A DNA stretch of 64,000 nucleotides from the human T2T-CHM13v2.0 reference genome, Homo sapiens. The notes beneath the pieces are model-generated. The model had not been told where the DNA came from, did no database searches, and worked only from the letters and a program-made list of their open reading frames with translations. The stretch lies in NCBI RefSeq assembly GCF_009914755.1, contig NC_060925.1. One strand, 5' to 3'. Positions 1 through 14,105 of this stretch are shown piece after piece. A program made the translations under genes and the position numbers. The first letter of the stretch is position 1, and each line of letters starts with the position of its first letter.

Positions 1-1839
1 ACTGGGGGCTGCGTGGGCCTTGTTTCCCAACAACTCCACCTCCACCTCCACCACAGCCACCTCCACCACCTTCATCATTTGTCTTCTGGTCAAGAAAGAG
101 TGGCTTTCAGCTCTCATTTATCTACCTAATGGGCTAGAAAAGAGGCATGGGTGACCCTAAATCACTGTTTCAGTAAAACCTTAGAAATTTAGATAGAGTG
201 GAAGAGAGGGGAGTCCAGATTTAAGAATGGAAAGCAGAGGTAGCAGCTGGGAAGAGGGTAGCCATGAGGGAGATAAAGATTGTAAGCAAATTGGGGAGAT
301 GTCTTGAATCCCCCCAAGACAGCTAACTGGCTGTCCTTGGGCGAGCCACTCAGGGTGCCAATGCAATTGCAAGGTGCCTTTCTGGATGCACGCAGCCCTG
401 AGCCTCATCTTGGCAAGCAGAGTGCTGGCTGGATTTCAGCACCCCCCACCCCCTGCCACCTGTTACCCTGTGACCCCCCTTAGCCCAATGTCCTTGTGTA
501 GTGAATAACCTACCCCACCATACAGGCAGCCCTGGAGCCCCTCCTCTGATCTGAGTCTCAGCTGCCGCACATGTGAAATGAGGACATTGAATGTGATAAT
601 ACATGCAGCACCCACACCACTAAGCTCTAAAATGCCTTGTTCTCAGCAGCTGAATTACAGATTTTAAGGAAATTGCTGTTTTATTGCTTCCAAATACATA
701 GCGTGATTAGAACTAATTGCACGAAGCTGCCAAGCAGCCGTCCTTAGGAGTTCTGCTTTGACAATAGATAAGAACGATTTGAATTAGCAGATCAGTTACT
801 AGAAATGTCAATGGGTGTTTCTACTGTGCTTGATCGTGTTTGGAAGCAGCTTGTCCTCTTAAGTGATGTAAATATCCCCCCTGTAATCTTTGTTTATACT
901 ATTAGTGTGCCCAGCAAATCATTTCTCTTTCATATCACAAATCCCACCAGACTGAACTGGCATTAACGAGGTTTTTCTCTGCTTGACTTTGGAATGCTGT
1001 CAGAGACTGAGCCCTCCTGTTGTCACCAGAATGCTCTCCCACTGGCCTCATTTCCACTGAGACTCAGGATTTACTCATCAACCTGTATAGAAAGGGGAAT
1101 CCATGGCTAGGACACCAGGATATCAGTTTGTTCAGTGACCAGATATCGAGCACCCACTATTTGCCAGCACTACAGAGCTAAGTTTACTAAGCTAACAAGA
1201 CAGAGCCCCCACCTCTGGGCCCCTCCTTCACAGCATTTTGCACCCTCATAATTATTTAATTAATTATTCATAATCATTTTGTATTTGTCTTTCTCACCAA
1301 ACTGTAAGCTCCAGAAGGCTAGGAATGTGTTTGTTTTCTTGCCTGACTTAATAAATGCTTGTCATCTCTTGTTGACTGACTGACATATTGTGAGAGAAAT
1401 ACTACAAAAAGAGATAGAGTGCTTGGAGAGCTCAGAGCCATGCCTGGGAAGGCTTCACAGTCAAGGCATTAAGCAATGTGTTCAAGCTGGGCCTTGAAGG
1501 ATGGGTAGAAGTTTTCTAGGAGGACAAGAAGGGAAAGGCATCTGTGTGCGCAGATGAATTATGTGAAAGCATGAAAGATATTCAAGAGCATGACATGTTT
1601 GGGAAAACTGCAAATTAATTAGGATGAGCAGGGAGAAGCAGCAGGAGGTACAGCTGGAGAGATGGGCATGAATCGTTTCCTGAAAGGTTTTGAATATCAA
1701 GCTAAGGAATTCAGCTTCTGTCCTGTGGGCAGTGGAAAGCCAGACAAGATTTTGGAACAAGAGAGGCCTAGCCAGAGGTGGCATCTAACCCTGGGTAGAT
1801 CCCAGAGCCAGAGATGTGGGCCCTGCCCAGCATCCCTGA

Positions 1840-2444
<605 letters not shown>

Positions 2445-3479
2445 TAGGCTTCAGATGGTCTGCCCCTTCCTACCTCTCCCACCTCATCTCTTGGCCTTCT
2501 CTAGCTCATATCTTGGTTTACAACCAGACTCAACTACTTGAAGTCTCTTATGTGGTTCTCCAAATGAACTGTTCTCTCACATCCATCTGCAGACCTTTGT
2601 ACATTGTATTCCCTCTGCCTGGAACACACTTTCCATGATTTCCCACCCAGCCTCCCCCCTTCATGTGGCTATCTCATACTCAGTCTTCAAGGTGTGCTTG
2701 CTCCAGAAAGCCTTCCCTGATTGCCCCAATACTCAGGCTGATTAACATCCTTTCTTCAATCTCCATTGCTTACCCCAATCAGAGAACTACTTACATTTAC
2801 TTCCCCACTGAATTCTGAGCCCTTAAAAGGAGGATGCTGGGTCAACACTGGGCATGTCAGTGGTTCCCAGAACACAACTCTTCCTGAAACATAGCTGGTA
2901 TCGACAAACATTGTTGAGTGGGAGTCTAAATGACTCCGAACCCCTTCTTGCCTGAGATTTCTACAAAATGGCTCCCTAAGATAAGCTACTCCCTGGCCAG
3001 TGGCTGATAGGGTTGCCTTCTTGAGAAGAGGAAGGAAGGGGAAACTCCAAGATCAGACCTGGTTCTAAGCTCTACATACAGCTCAGTCCCTTCCTCTGCC
3101 GCAGGATGCCCTGCCCCTGAAAGAACTACCCGACTGACCAGGGCTCCGTGGTCATTTCCATGCCAGGCTGTCGGAGCTGGCTTGTCCCAAGGTGGAGAAA
3201 GGGAGTCAGCAAGGAGGAGTCACTGAGCCCTCACTATGGTGGGTGTGTCCCAGAAGGCAGGGTCTGGGTCCAGCCTCTAAGCATGGGGACAGGCAATGCT
3301 GATTCCTGTTCATTCTCTCCAGCAGAGAGAAGGGCAAGAGGGAACAGCTGAGCCTGCACTCCACCTGAAGGCCCCATCTGCTGTGGGAGGGTATTGCCCT
3401 GGCCCCTGGCCCCTGGCCCCTGCCCCAAGAGTCCCCAGGATTTGTGATAAGAAAGTGGAAGCCAGGAAAACAGCAGGGA

Positions 3480-3800
3480 AAAAATACCTTTATTGAGATA
3501 TAATTCACATAGCATACAATTCACCTATTTAAAGTATACAATTCGATGCCTTTTAGTGTATTCGCAGAGTTGGGCATCCACCTTCACAACCAATTTTAAA
3601 ACATTTCTATTACCTCCCCCAAAACCCCATAACCCCTTAGCCATCACCTCCCAAATCCCCCATTCCTCCCACAGCACTAGTCTGCTTTCTGCCTCTATGC
3701 TTTTGTCTTTCCTGGACATTTCATATAAATAGAACTATACACTATGTGGCCCTTTGGCCAGGCTTTTTTCACTTAGTGTCATGTCCTCAAGGCTCATAAA
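3480..3800 (-). mobile_element. Old L1M 3'-end fragment carrying AATAAA (3489-3494 on the minus strand)
   Basis: tttattgagatataattcacatagcatacaattcacctatttaaagtataca is typical reverse-complemented L1MB/MC 3' UTR. Confidence 0.75.
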
Positions 3801-4087
3801 ATAGCATCTTTGGCCACTGAGAAGGGACCCAACAACCTGGGATAGTAGAAAGCTCCATGCAGGGAGTCCAGAAGCTGGTTCTGGCTCTGCCTCATGGCTT
3901 CTGTCCAGTGATTTAACTGGGTCCACCACAGTCCTAACTTTCCATACCTTCTACAATTAAATGTATGGCATAGTTGCAGGCCAAGGTTAGATACTAGGAA
4001 GAATTTCCTATTCTTGAAGAGCCTCCCTTTCCAGGGTGTTGGAAGACCAGGAGAAATGTTCCTTTACCTAAGGTGACCTTGGGCTAA

Positions 4088-4255
<168 letters not shown>

Positions 4256-6490
4256 AGGACAATATGAACTGATGCCTGGACTATCAGTAACCCCACTGCA
4301 CAGGCACACGATGCTCTGGGACATAACTGGTGCCTGGAAATCACCATGGTCCTCATATCTCCCATGGGAATCCTGTCCTGCCTCGAAGGAGCAGCCTGGG
4401 CAGCCATCACACCACGAGGACAGGAAGCACCAGCACGTTTCACACCTCCCCCTTCCCTCTCCCATCTTCTCATATCCTGGCTCTTCTCTGGGCAAGATGA
4501 GCCAAGCAGAACATTCCATCCAGGACACTGGAAGTTCTCCAGGATCCAGATCCATGGGGACATTAATAGTCCAAGGCATTCCCTCCCCCACCACTATTCA
4601 TAAAGTATTAACCAACTGGCACCAAGGAATTGCCTCCAGCCTGAGTCCTAGGCTCTAAAAGATATTACATATTTGAACTAATAGAGGAACTCTGAGTCAC
4701 CCATGCCAGCATCAGCTTCAGCCCCAGACCCTGCAGTTTGAGATCTGATGCTTCCTGAGGGCCAAGGCATTGCTGTAAGAAAAGGTCTAGAAATAGGTGA
4801 AAGTGAGAGGTGGGGGACAGGGGTTTCTCTTTCTGGCCTAAGGACTTTCAGGTAATCAGAGTTCATGGGCCCTCAAAGGTAAATTGCAGTTGTAGACACC
4901 GAGGATGGTTGACAACCCATGGTTGAGATGGGCACCGTTTTGCAGGAAACACCATATTAATAGACATCCTCACCATCTCCATCCGCTCTCACGCCTCCTG
5001 CAGGATCTGGGAGTGAGGGTGGAGAGTCTTTCCTCACGCTCCAGCACAGTGGCCAGGAAAAGAAATACTGAATTTGCCCCAGCCAACAGGACGTTCTTGC
5101 ACAACTTCAAGAAAAGCAGCTCAGCTCAGGATGAGTCTTCCTGCCTGAAACTGAGAGAGTGAAGAACCATAAAACGCTATGCAGAAGGAACATTATGGAG
5201 AGAAAGGGTACTGAGGCACTCTAGAATCTGCCACATTCATTTTCAAATGCAAATGCAGAAGACTTACCTTAGTTCAAGGGGAGGGGACAAAGACCCCACA
5301 GCCCAACAGCAGGACTGTAGAGGTCACTCTGACTCCATCAAACTTTTTATTGTGGCCATCTTAGGAAAATACATTCTGCCCCTGAATGATTCTGTCTAGA
5401 AAAGCTCTGGAGTATTGATCACTACTGGAAAAACACTTAAGGAGCTAAACTTACCTTCGGGGATTATTAGCTGATAAGGTTCACAGTTTCTCTCACCCAG
5501 GTGTAACTGGATTTTTTCTGGGGCCTCAATCCAGTCTTGATAACAGCGAGGAAAGAGGTATTGAAGAAACAGGGGTGGGTTTGAAGTACTATTTTCCCAG
5601 GGTGGCTTCAATCTCCCCACCTAGGATGTCAGCCCTGTCCAAGGACCTTCCCTCTTCTCCCCAGTTCCTGGGCAATCACTTCACCTTGGACAAAGGATCA
5701 GCACAGCTGGCCTCCAGATCCACATCACCACTCTTCCACTCGATTGTTCCCAGATCCTCCCTGCCTGGCCTGCTCAGAGGTTCCCTGTTGGTAACCTGGC
5801 TTTATCAAATTCTCATCCCTTTCCCACACCCACTTCTCTCCTATCACCTTCCCCCAAGATTACCTGAACAGGGTCCATGGCCACTCAACCTGTCAGCTTG
5901 CACCATCCCCACCTGCCACCTACAGTCAGGCCACATGCCTGGTCACTGAATCATGCAAAACTGGCCTCAGTCCCTAAAAATGATGTGGAAAGGAAAGCCC
6001 AGGATCTGACAATGAGCCCTGGTGGATTTGTGGGGAAAAAATACACAGCACTCCCCACCTTTCTTTCGTTCATCTCCAGGGCCCCACCTCAGATCAAAGC
6101 AGCTCTGGATGAGATGGGACCTGCAGCTCTCCCTCCACAAGGTGACTCTTAGCAACCTCATTTCGACAGTGGTTTGTAGCGTGGTGCACCAGGGCCTTGT
6201 TGAACAGATCCACACTGCTCTAATAAAGTTCCCATCCTTAATGACTCACTTGTCAACTAGTGGACTAATTAACCCTCCACCAAAAAAACACAAAGTGCTT
6301 CTGTGAGACCAATTTTGTGCTAATGAGCATTGAGACTGATGCTTTGTAAGTCACACCACAACAAATATTGATTGAGGGCGCTGCATGTGCTGGGTACATT
6401 TCTTGGCACTTGGGAATCAGTAGTCAAGCGAAACCCTTGCCTTTGAGAGTTTATGGTCTGGATAATATAAATAAACAAGTAAGCATATGT
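4256..6490 (+). other. SLAMF8: SLAMF8 3' UTR with AATAAA signals at 6222-6227 and 6470-6475
   Basis: follows the stop codon; two canonical hexamers visible; exact cleavage site is inferred. Confidence 0.7.
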
Positions 6491-6912
6491 CAGATGTTGT
6501 TAGTTTCTGTTAAAGACAAGGCAGAGTAAAGGGCTAGAGAACAATCTGTTGGGGAGACAGGGTCTGTCTTAGATAAAGCAATCAGATGACACCCTCAATG
6601 GGGTGACATTTGAACAGAGGCCCAGTGAAGTGGAGGAGTGAGCATGCAGTGACAGAGTGTTCCAGACAAAGAGACCAGAAAATGCAACGGCCCTAAAATG
6701 GCAGCATGGTTGGTGTTTGCAAAGAAGAGAGTGGAGGCCAGAGGGGCTGGATCCAAACAAGGGAGAGAGAGGGGAAGGACAAGAGTACAGAGAGATGGCC
6801 TGGGGCCACATCATATGGGACTTCGTCGGAATGCCCCTTTGTTGGAGTTACAATGACAGAAAGAACCCCTCGAGAGTCCAGATATCAGACTCCTCCCAGA
6901 ACACCCTCTACC

Positions 6913-7022
6913 TCATTGCTCCAGGATGCTTGTGGTCAGGTGAGAGCCCTCTCCAGATCTTCTTTTGCTTTTCCTCGTTTTCACTTTATTTTCCTTGAGC
7001 AATAGTTTTTGCATCTGTTCTC
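6913..7022 (-). CDS. SNHG28: SNHG28/C1orf204 putative ORF exon 5 (GEQMQKLLLKENKVKTRKSKRRSGEGSHLTTSILEQ*)
   Basis: tttgtcttttgtacAG acceptor (7023-7024), phase 1, TGA at 6915-6913, donor G|GTAGAG one base after the stop. Confidence 0.65.
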
Positions 7023-7188
7023 CTGTACAAAAGACAAATACAAGAGCTGCTAGGGCAAAGGGCTCATGAAACATGATATCAGAGAGAATAGGAAAGGGGA
7101 ATAGCATAAGAAAAGGGTTAGAGAGGACATTTTTCTCATCAATGGAGACATGAACATTCAGTGCCTCATTTTTAAAAAAACTGCTGCA

Positions 7189-7266
7189 TGAGCTGAGATT
7201 GTGCCACTGCACTTCAGCCCGGGCAACAGAGTGAGACTCCGTCTCAATTAAAAAAAAAAAAAAAAA
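7189..7266 (+). mobile_element. Heavily 5'-truncated Alu (3' ~60 nt plus A-tail)
   Basis: gagattgtgccactgcacttcagcccgggcaacagagtgagactccgtctc + A-tail; target-site duplication aaaaaaactgctgca on both sides. Confidence 0.9.
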
Positions 7267-8164
7267 CTGCTGCAAACATTAATGACACCTGTAGCAAATC
7301 TTTCTTCCATGTGTATTAAGAACTAGCACCTGTTCAGTTAATCACTCTTGGTTACTTACTGATCTTCAGAGGAAGCATCATCTCCTTCCAGATTTGGCTT
7401 CATGGCTACCTGCATCTGTTCTGCATGCAGCCTGAAGGAAGGGCCTCTAAAATGACAAAAAATAACTATCCCTAGATCTAGGAAAGTTATGGTGGCTGCC
7501 TCCCCTTGGGCTGTGCCTTAGTCAACATTATGTGCCAGGAGGGGCAGGCTGAGCACACGGGTAAGTAGTGGGGAGACTCCCACAGCATGACTAGTCCAGG
7601 TCCAGGTCTCGAAGCCACACTTTCAGGAAGACACTGAAAAACTGGAGTGTCTGGAAGAGAATGACCAGAATGGTGAAAAGTCTAAAAACCTTACCATATG
7701 AGAAATGATTACAGAAACTGGTTATGTTGGGCCTAGAACAAAACACTCGCAGGAGCATAGGTTCTCAAATATTTGAAGGGTTATCACATAAGCCCAGACC
7801 ATGTAACTGGGGCCAATGGAGCATATCACTAAAAGGCAGATATTGACTCATATGAATAATAGGATCTTAAAGCTGGAAGGAAATCTGTGGTTACTCAGTT
7901 CAAGTTTTTTTATTTCTCATGTGGAAACTGAAATCCAAAGAGAATGTTACTCCTCTGAAATTACATAATTAGTGGCACAGTCAGAATTACCTTTAGATTA
8001 TCTAAATCAGTCCAGTCCCTTCTACTGCACCACACTACCAAGGAAGAATGTTCTGACAAATGGAAAAATCCAAATATGAAGTAAACTGTTTCAATGAATC
8101 TGCTTAAGCAGAAACCATCTCAGAGCAATACTTTAGAAGATTTAAAAATAACAGGAAAACACTT

Positions 8165-8480
8165 ATATCAGTCAGGGTTCTTTGGAGGCAAGCAACAGAA
8201 ACCAACTCTGGTTTTAACTAAAGTAAAAGAGGAAATGTATTAGAAAGATGTGAGTAACTCAGAGAACCAAGGAAAATGTTGACCGAGCCTCAGAAAAGAC
8301 AAAGCCAGGTAGCCTTGAGGATGCAGGCCTCGGGGCCTCCGAAAATAGTTCTGTTCTGTTTTCTCTTCCCCAGTTGCTCACTGAAGATTCAACTCCCCAC
8401 CAACAGAGCCTGATTGGCCTATTTGAGGCCAAGGGCCCTCCTCTTTGATGGGGTGGGGAGGAGCTGTAGAACTTCTTGTC
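8165..8480. mobile_element. MLT1-like (MaLR) solo LTR remnant
   Basis: tcagtcagggttctttgg..gcaagcaacagaaaccaactctgg resembles MLT1J/K termini. Confidence 0.5.
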
Positions 8481-9705
8481 AGAAGCATTAACTGGGTTAA
8501 CAAAATAAAGTACAAAACAAAGTTTGAACAGGTATCTGTAGAACAGGAAATGCACCCATCCATTCATTCAGTAAGCACTTACTATGCACCTACTATGTGT
8601 CAGCACCAACTGGGATACAGGAATTACTAAATAGTAGCATCACAAGCCCTGCCCTCAAAGAGCTCACAGACTGGTAAGAAAGCAATGTGTCAACAAAGGA
8701 TTCCAGTGAGTTCACAGGCACACAGCCCCTAGCATGAGCTCAAAGGCACCTCCTGGCCTGTAAGACCTCAGTCCCCAAAGACAGCCAGTCAGGTCCCCAC
8801 GGGAAACGGTAAAAGGAGAAAGCATTGCCTGGGAATAAAACTTCAGCTGGCAGGAACTGAAGACAGCATGGTATGGTGGTGTCCTGGGGCAGGCTTTCCC
8901 ACAGCAGCATCACACTTTTGTTTAACTGTGTTCCCTGAACACCAGGACATCTCATGCTGGTAGCTTGTCTTCAGGTTTCCCTTGAGATGGTACAGAAAAG
9001 GGAGAGCCACTCACAAGGGCTAGGGGCTGGTTCCATCCTCCTGGTGGTGGTTAGGGTGGTCCTGGCTGGGACGCCTGGACTGAGATGCTGATACTGTCTC
9101 ATCTGCCAGCCCACCCTGTTGGTCTTCAAGCCTGTACCCACTGGCTGGACCTGCTTAGACTCCTCAGGAGTCTTCCAAAGTCAGGTAAAGCCATTTAAAC
9201 TCTGTCTAACCAGAGAGAAAATGAAGAGGTCGGAGCTCTGTCTGCTGGCTGACCCACTCAACCATATGCCCACCTGCAGTTAACCACTCAACCATACGCC
9301 CACCTTCAGTTGGCTTAACTGCAGGAGCTCAGAGCTCCAGCATACTCACTGCAGTCCTGCTCCCAGACCAGGGAGCCACTACCCCCGCTCCCACCCCCCA
9401 GCAAAGAAGACACAACCAGTTGGTAGCCTGGACCTCTCTCTTCGATGCTCAGAAATACCCTGGGATCCCTCCTGCCCCTCATTGATAACAACCTGACAGC
9501 CTAACAGTCCCAGAAAATCCCTAACAATCCACAGACACCCAGGGTGCTGGATGCCTCCTGAGCACTGAGCACAGATCCCCACACGTAGGGATGCCTCCGC
9601 ATGAGGACATGAGAGAGGCAGATGGTGGAAGGACTGACCACAGGCCTGGCCACTCCCAGCAGAAGGACAAGAAGTGCAGGGGAAGGCCTGAGCCTCTTGG
9701 CTTAC

Positions 9706-9861
9706 CTGTTGTCCTGAGGCCTGGGCAGTCAGGAGAAGGTAGAGCTCTCATCCATGCACTCACCTGAGGGAAGTCTACACCAGAGGCCAGAGTCACCAGC
9801 CAGAGCCTCAGCCAGCTCCAGCCAGCTGCTAATGGAGCATTTATTCTTCTGGAGGCTGCGT
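9706..9861 (-). CDS. SNHG28: SNHG28/C1orf204 putative ORF exon 4 (DAASRRINAPLAAGWSWLRLWLVTLASG...CPGLRTT)
   Basis: cttgtcctttctAG acceptor, CAG|GTAAGC donor; 156 nt, phase 1-1; an internal alternative donor CAG|GTGAGT lies near 9763. Confidence 0.65.
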
Positions 9862-10120
9862 CTAGAAAGGACAAGCCTAACAGGATGCCTGTCGGTCTAT
9901 TCCCTACCTGATTACCCCAGGAAGCCACAAGCACAGACAATATCACCCCTACACCAAGGCAAGAAGGCTGCTGCCCTGGCCTGTACTACAGAAAGGCAGC
10001 TCTGGCTCTCCTCCATAGGCAAGGAGACAACGGTGCATTCACCCGTAGCTGCCTCTCCCCCTTTTAGATCACACTTCAGAAATACAGATGGGAATTCTGA
10101 AGATGGACTAAAATGCCTAC

Positions 10121-10230
10121 CTGTATCCTGGGTCTGAAGGTAGCTGAGGGGCAGTTTATGGACAAGGTGTGGAGGAAGCCCAGGATGTGCACAGCTGTGG
10201 GCACAAGGCTCTTCACAGTGTGGGCTGGAG
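10121..10230 (-). CDS. SNHG28: SNHG28/C1orf204 putative ORF exon 3 (SSPHCEEPCAHSCAHPGLPPHLVHKLPLSYLQTQDT)
   Basis: ctttctcttctcacctgcAG acceptor, CAG|GTAGGC donor; 110 nt, phase 2-1. Confidence 0.65.
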
Positions 10231-10639
10231 CTGCAGGTGAGAAGAGAAAGGATCTGATTTAAGGCCTGGGCAAGGGAGCCAGTTCTTCCTATGCTGGGAG
10301 TTCTGGTATGAAACCCCAAAGAGTCCAAGATTTCTGAATCCAAACCTGGCCTTCCAGGTCATTGTGAAGGTATATTTGTCAAGCTAGGAGAATAGAACAT
10401 ATTTTACGTAATAATGTGTTAGCTCAACTTACAATTACAAATGTTATGGGTGGGCCTCAATATGCGGACCCCTCCCCCTGGACTTTTTCCATCATAATTC
10501 CCTCCCACCCCCTGAAACTGACACCTCCCCCATGACTAAGAGCAAACCCCCAGCTCTCGCTGCAGCTCAGAAGGAGCACAGCAGTGTGGGTCTGGAGTCA
10601 CACTCAGGACAGCGGGCTCTGATTTCCTGGAGAACTGAT

Positions 10640-11527
10640 TCGCGGGTCCACAGCACTCATTCTCTCAGCACGTCTTTAGTGAGTACCCACTCCATGCCAG
10701 ACACACTAGGAATAGAGCTGTGGGCATGACAGGCGAGTCTCTGCATTCATGAATCTTGCAGACTTGTCAGGCAGAAACAGACACTGTACAAGTGTACACA
10801 AATGTTTAATTAAAACTGTGCTAATCTCTATAGAAGAAAATAGCTGAAAACCAAGAGCCAGAATAACAAGGGATCAAAATATAGCTGGCGGGAGTACAGA
10901 GGGAAGGGCCTCCCTGAGGAAGGAGAGTCAAGCTGAGGCCAGTGGGGAGAGGAGGAGTCAGCAAAGCAGAGTGGAGGAGCTGCCATGCTGGGAATGAGCA
11001 TCCATGAAAGCCCTTCCAGAAAGATCTCTGCCTGTGTAAGCATCTGGGGGAAGGTCCCCAGGGCCAGAGGGCAATGAGCAGGAGGGACTCTGGGAGGAGA
11101 GGACGGCAGAGGTCAGATCATGCAGGGTCTGATAGGACATGGAGAATTTAAAAGTTAATTATAAATGTAAAAGCAGACCACTGAAGAGCTTTAAGACAGG
11201 AAATGACATGATCAGACTCACATTTTAAAAGATCACGCTGGCAGCTGCATGGAGAATGGATTGAAGGTGCCGAGAGTGAAGGCAGGAAAATGAAGTTATT
11301 GCAGGAATCCTAGGAAAAAACCATCATAGCTTGGAATGAAGGTGGGGAGAGAGAGGGAGACAAGTGGATGGCTTCAGTGCATATTTAGGAGCTAGAAGAG
11401 AATAGACAAGACTTAGTATCCTTGGTTGAGGGAGGGGTCAAGGATGACACTGAGGTCTCTGACATGAGTAACCAGGCAGATGGAGGTACCATTTACCAAA
11501 CCTGGAAATACAGAAAGAGTTAGTTTT
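10640..11527 (+). mobile_element. L2 LINE fragment, interrupted at its end by an Alu
   Basis: L2-type motifs (gaaatgacatgatcagactcacattttaaaagatcac, gagtcaaggatgacactgaggt-like). Confidence 0.65.
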
Positions 11528-11820
<293 letters not shown>

Positions 11821-11906
11821 AGAAAGAGTTAGTTTTAGGGTGAAGTCAGAAGTTAATTGATCCTTAATTATCAGGGAAGAGGGGCTTTAAAAGGAACAAA
11901 TTCTTG

Positions 11907-12552
11907 GAGGCTGAGCAATATATTGGGTTGAATCATATGAAAATTTCATTTTTTAAGTGTAAAAATAGTCAAACACAGGTAATTTCATATGATTCAATCT
12001 AACAATTTAAATGTAAGATGACTTGAGGAAGAAAAGTCATCTCTTCAGCTGCCCTGACTCCACCTCCTATAAGGACAACTGGGACATGCCTGTAACCTAG
12101 TAGATGTTGGCAGAGCTCCTTCAACATGAACCTGGGCATGGAGGGACTGCAAGACAAGAGGGCCTCCCACAGCACTCTCAGCCCACACTGGTCGGGGGCC
12201 ATGGTGTCCTGGTCAGCTTCTCTACCACCTGGACTGAATCCTGCCTGCCCAGCTCCAGAAAGTCCTGAAACATTCAGGAGCCAAGGTTCAGAATGGCAGG
12301 GAGTGATGGAACTGCCTCAGCAACCATGGAGAACTGTCCTTGACCCCAACCCCTCTGAATCCAACCCACCTCATGCCTAGTCCTGCAGCATTCAGAGCCC
12401 CATATAGATTGTGGAAGTGAGGCCCCTGATGCTGTCTGAGGAGCCTTTCCAAGCAACAGGGGCAGTGACTTGGCCAGGCAGGCATGGTCAGACACAGAAG
12501 GGCAGTGCATCAGTCATTCCAAAGTTGCTGGCTTCATAGATACCGTGATTGT
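11907..12552. repeat. Left arm of 646-bp inverted duplication
   Basis: position x pairs with 26658-x with no indels; mirrored ORFs 12126..12380(+)/14278..14532(-) are identical. Confidence 0.97.
11921..12004. mobile_element. MADE2-like mariner MITE (~84 bp, terminal inverted repeats) in the left arm
   Basis: tattgggttgaatcatatgaaa...aatttcatatgattcaatctaa, matches MADE2 TIR pattern. Confidence 0.75.
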
Positions 12553-14105
12553 CCCTATGCCCACCCCTGCTGGGGAGCATAGCAGCTGGAAGACTTCTTT
12601 CCCTCTCAGCCAACCTGGGCCCTCAGAGGCCTTAAGATGGAGATGACTCAGCTATTGGCAGCGCCAGCTCAGCACCCTCGATTCCAGACAGACTCGGCTC
12701 TTCTCTGTCCCTTGCACCTGACATACTCATGTACTCTGCCCCTTTAACCAGGCTTCCCCCTCTGCCTCCCAGCTGAGAATATCCTTCTTTATCCATCTTG
12801 GTCTCCAGCCATCACTTCCAGGCTCAGCCCCAGGCACTCCTCCTCTCAGAAGCCTTTTCCTCAAGTGGTCTCATAGCATCAACTCTCCCAGCTTTGCATG
12901 AGCCTGAATCAACAGTTGTGTGCATTGTTCTTTAATTTTTCTAAATGAGATTAATCATCTCACTTGGAAGGCTCCATGTTCCTAGAAGGATCAGGTTTAA
13001 CACACAGTCCTACTGGTGACACTCAGTAAGCACATCGCCAAAACACACTTTTTAACGAAGTGGTTAACTCAGAGGGTGGGGAACATGCAGCTAGACAAAA
13101 TGGGCATTCTCCAGATATCTCCTCCACTGAGGAAGGCAAAACTCTCAGGCCAAGAGATTCCACATCTGCACCTCCTCTTCCAGGCAGTATAATCAGTCGG
13201 CTGGGTTCAGACAAACTTCTGCACCTCTTAGGGACCTCTTAGCCACCCAGGAGGAGATAGGCAGCTCCTTACTAAAGTCTCACCTCCTGGAGATGGGGGT
13301 TAGCTCTTCCTGCTGCAGTTTGCCTGTCTCCTCCATCCCCTTTCTTTCTTGGAAACAATATTTATTGAGTGTGTGCCATATGCCTGGCACTTTTTAGGAG
13401 CTTAAGTACATTAGTGAATAAAGCAGACAAAGACCCTTGCCTTGTGCCCCTCCTTGTGGAGCTTGCAGTGTGGGGAAAGGCGAGGACAAGTCAATTAGCA
13501 AACATCGTAACAAATAAATGTTACAGCATGTTGGAAGAGGATAAGTGCTACAGATTAAAGGGAAAAAAGCAGTGTAGGAGGGGGGGATAAGGGCGATGAG
13601 GAGCGCAGGCAGGTGGGTGCTGCAATCTTAAACGAGGTGGCCGTGGTAGACATCACTAAGAGGGAGAAAACTGAGCAAAGATTTGAAGGACGTGAGAATT
13701 AAGCCATTGGGAAATCCAGAGGAGAGCCATTCTGGGCAAAGAGAACAGCCAGAACAAGGACCCTAAGGTGTTCAAGAAACAATGAAGAGCCAGTGATGCT
13801 CAGGGGAGAGAGCCAGGAAGAAGAGTGATCAATTAGGTCAGAGAGGTGACATGGATGGCCTGGGGCACTAGTGTAAGGAACTTGATCTTGGGAAGCCATT
13901 TCAGGGGTTTGAGCAGAAGAATGATTTAACTATTCCTCTGGCTTCTCTGCTGAGAATGAACTGAAGGTGAGAGAGAGGAAGCAGGGAAATCAGTCAGGAC
14001 ACTGCTGCCGTAATCCAGGCAAGAGATGAGGGTGGCTGTGAGCTGGGAGGTAACAGGAAAGAAGGGTTTGCTTCTGGATTTGCACTGAAGACAAAGCCAA
14101 TAGAT

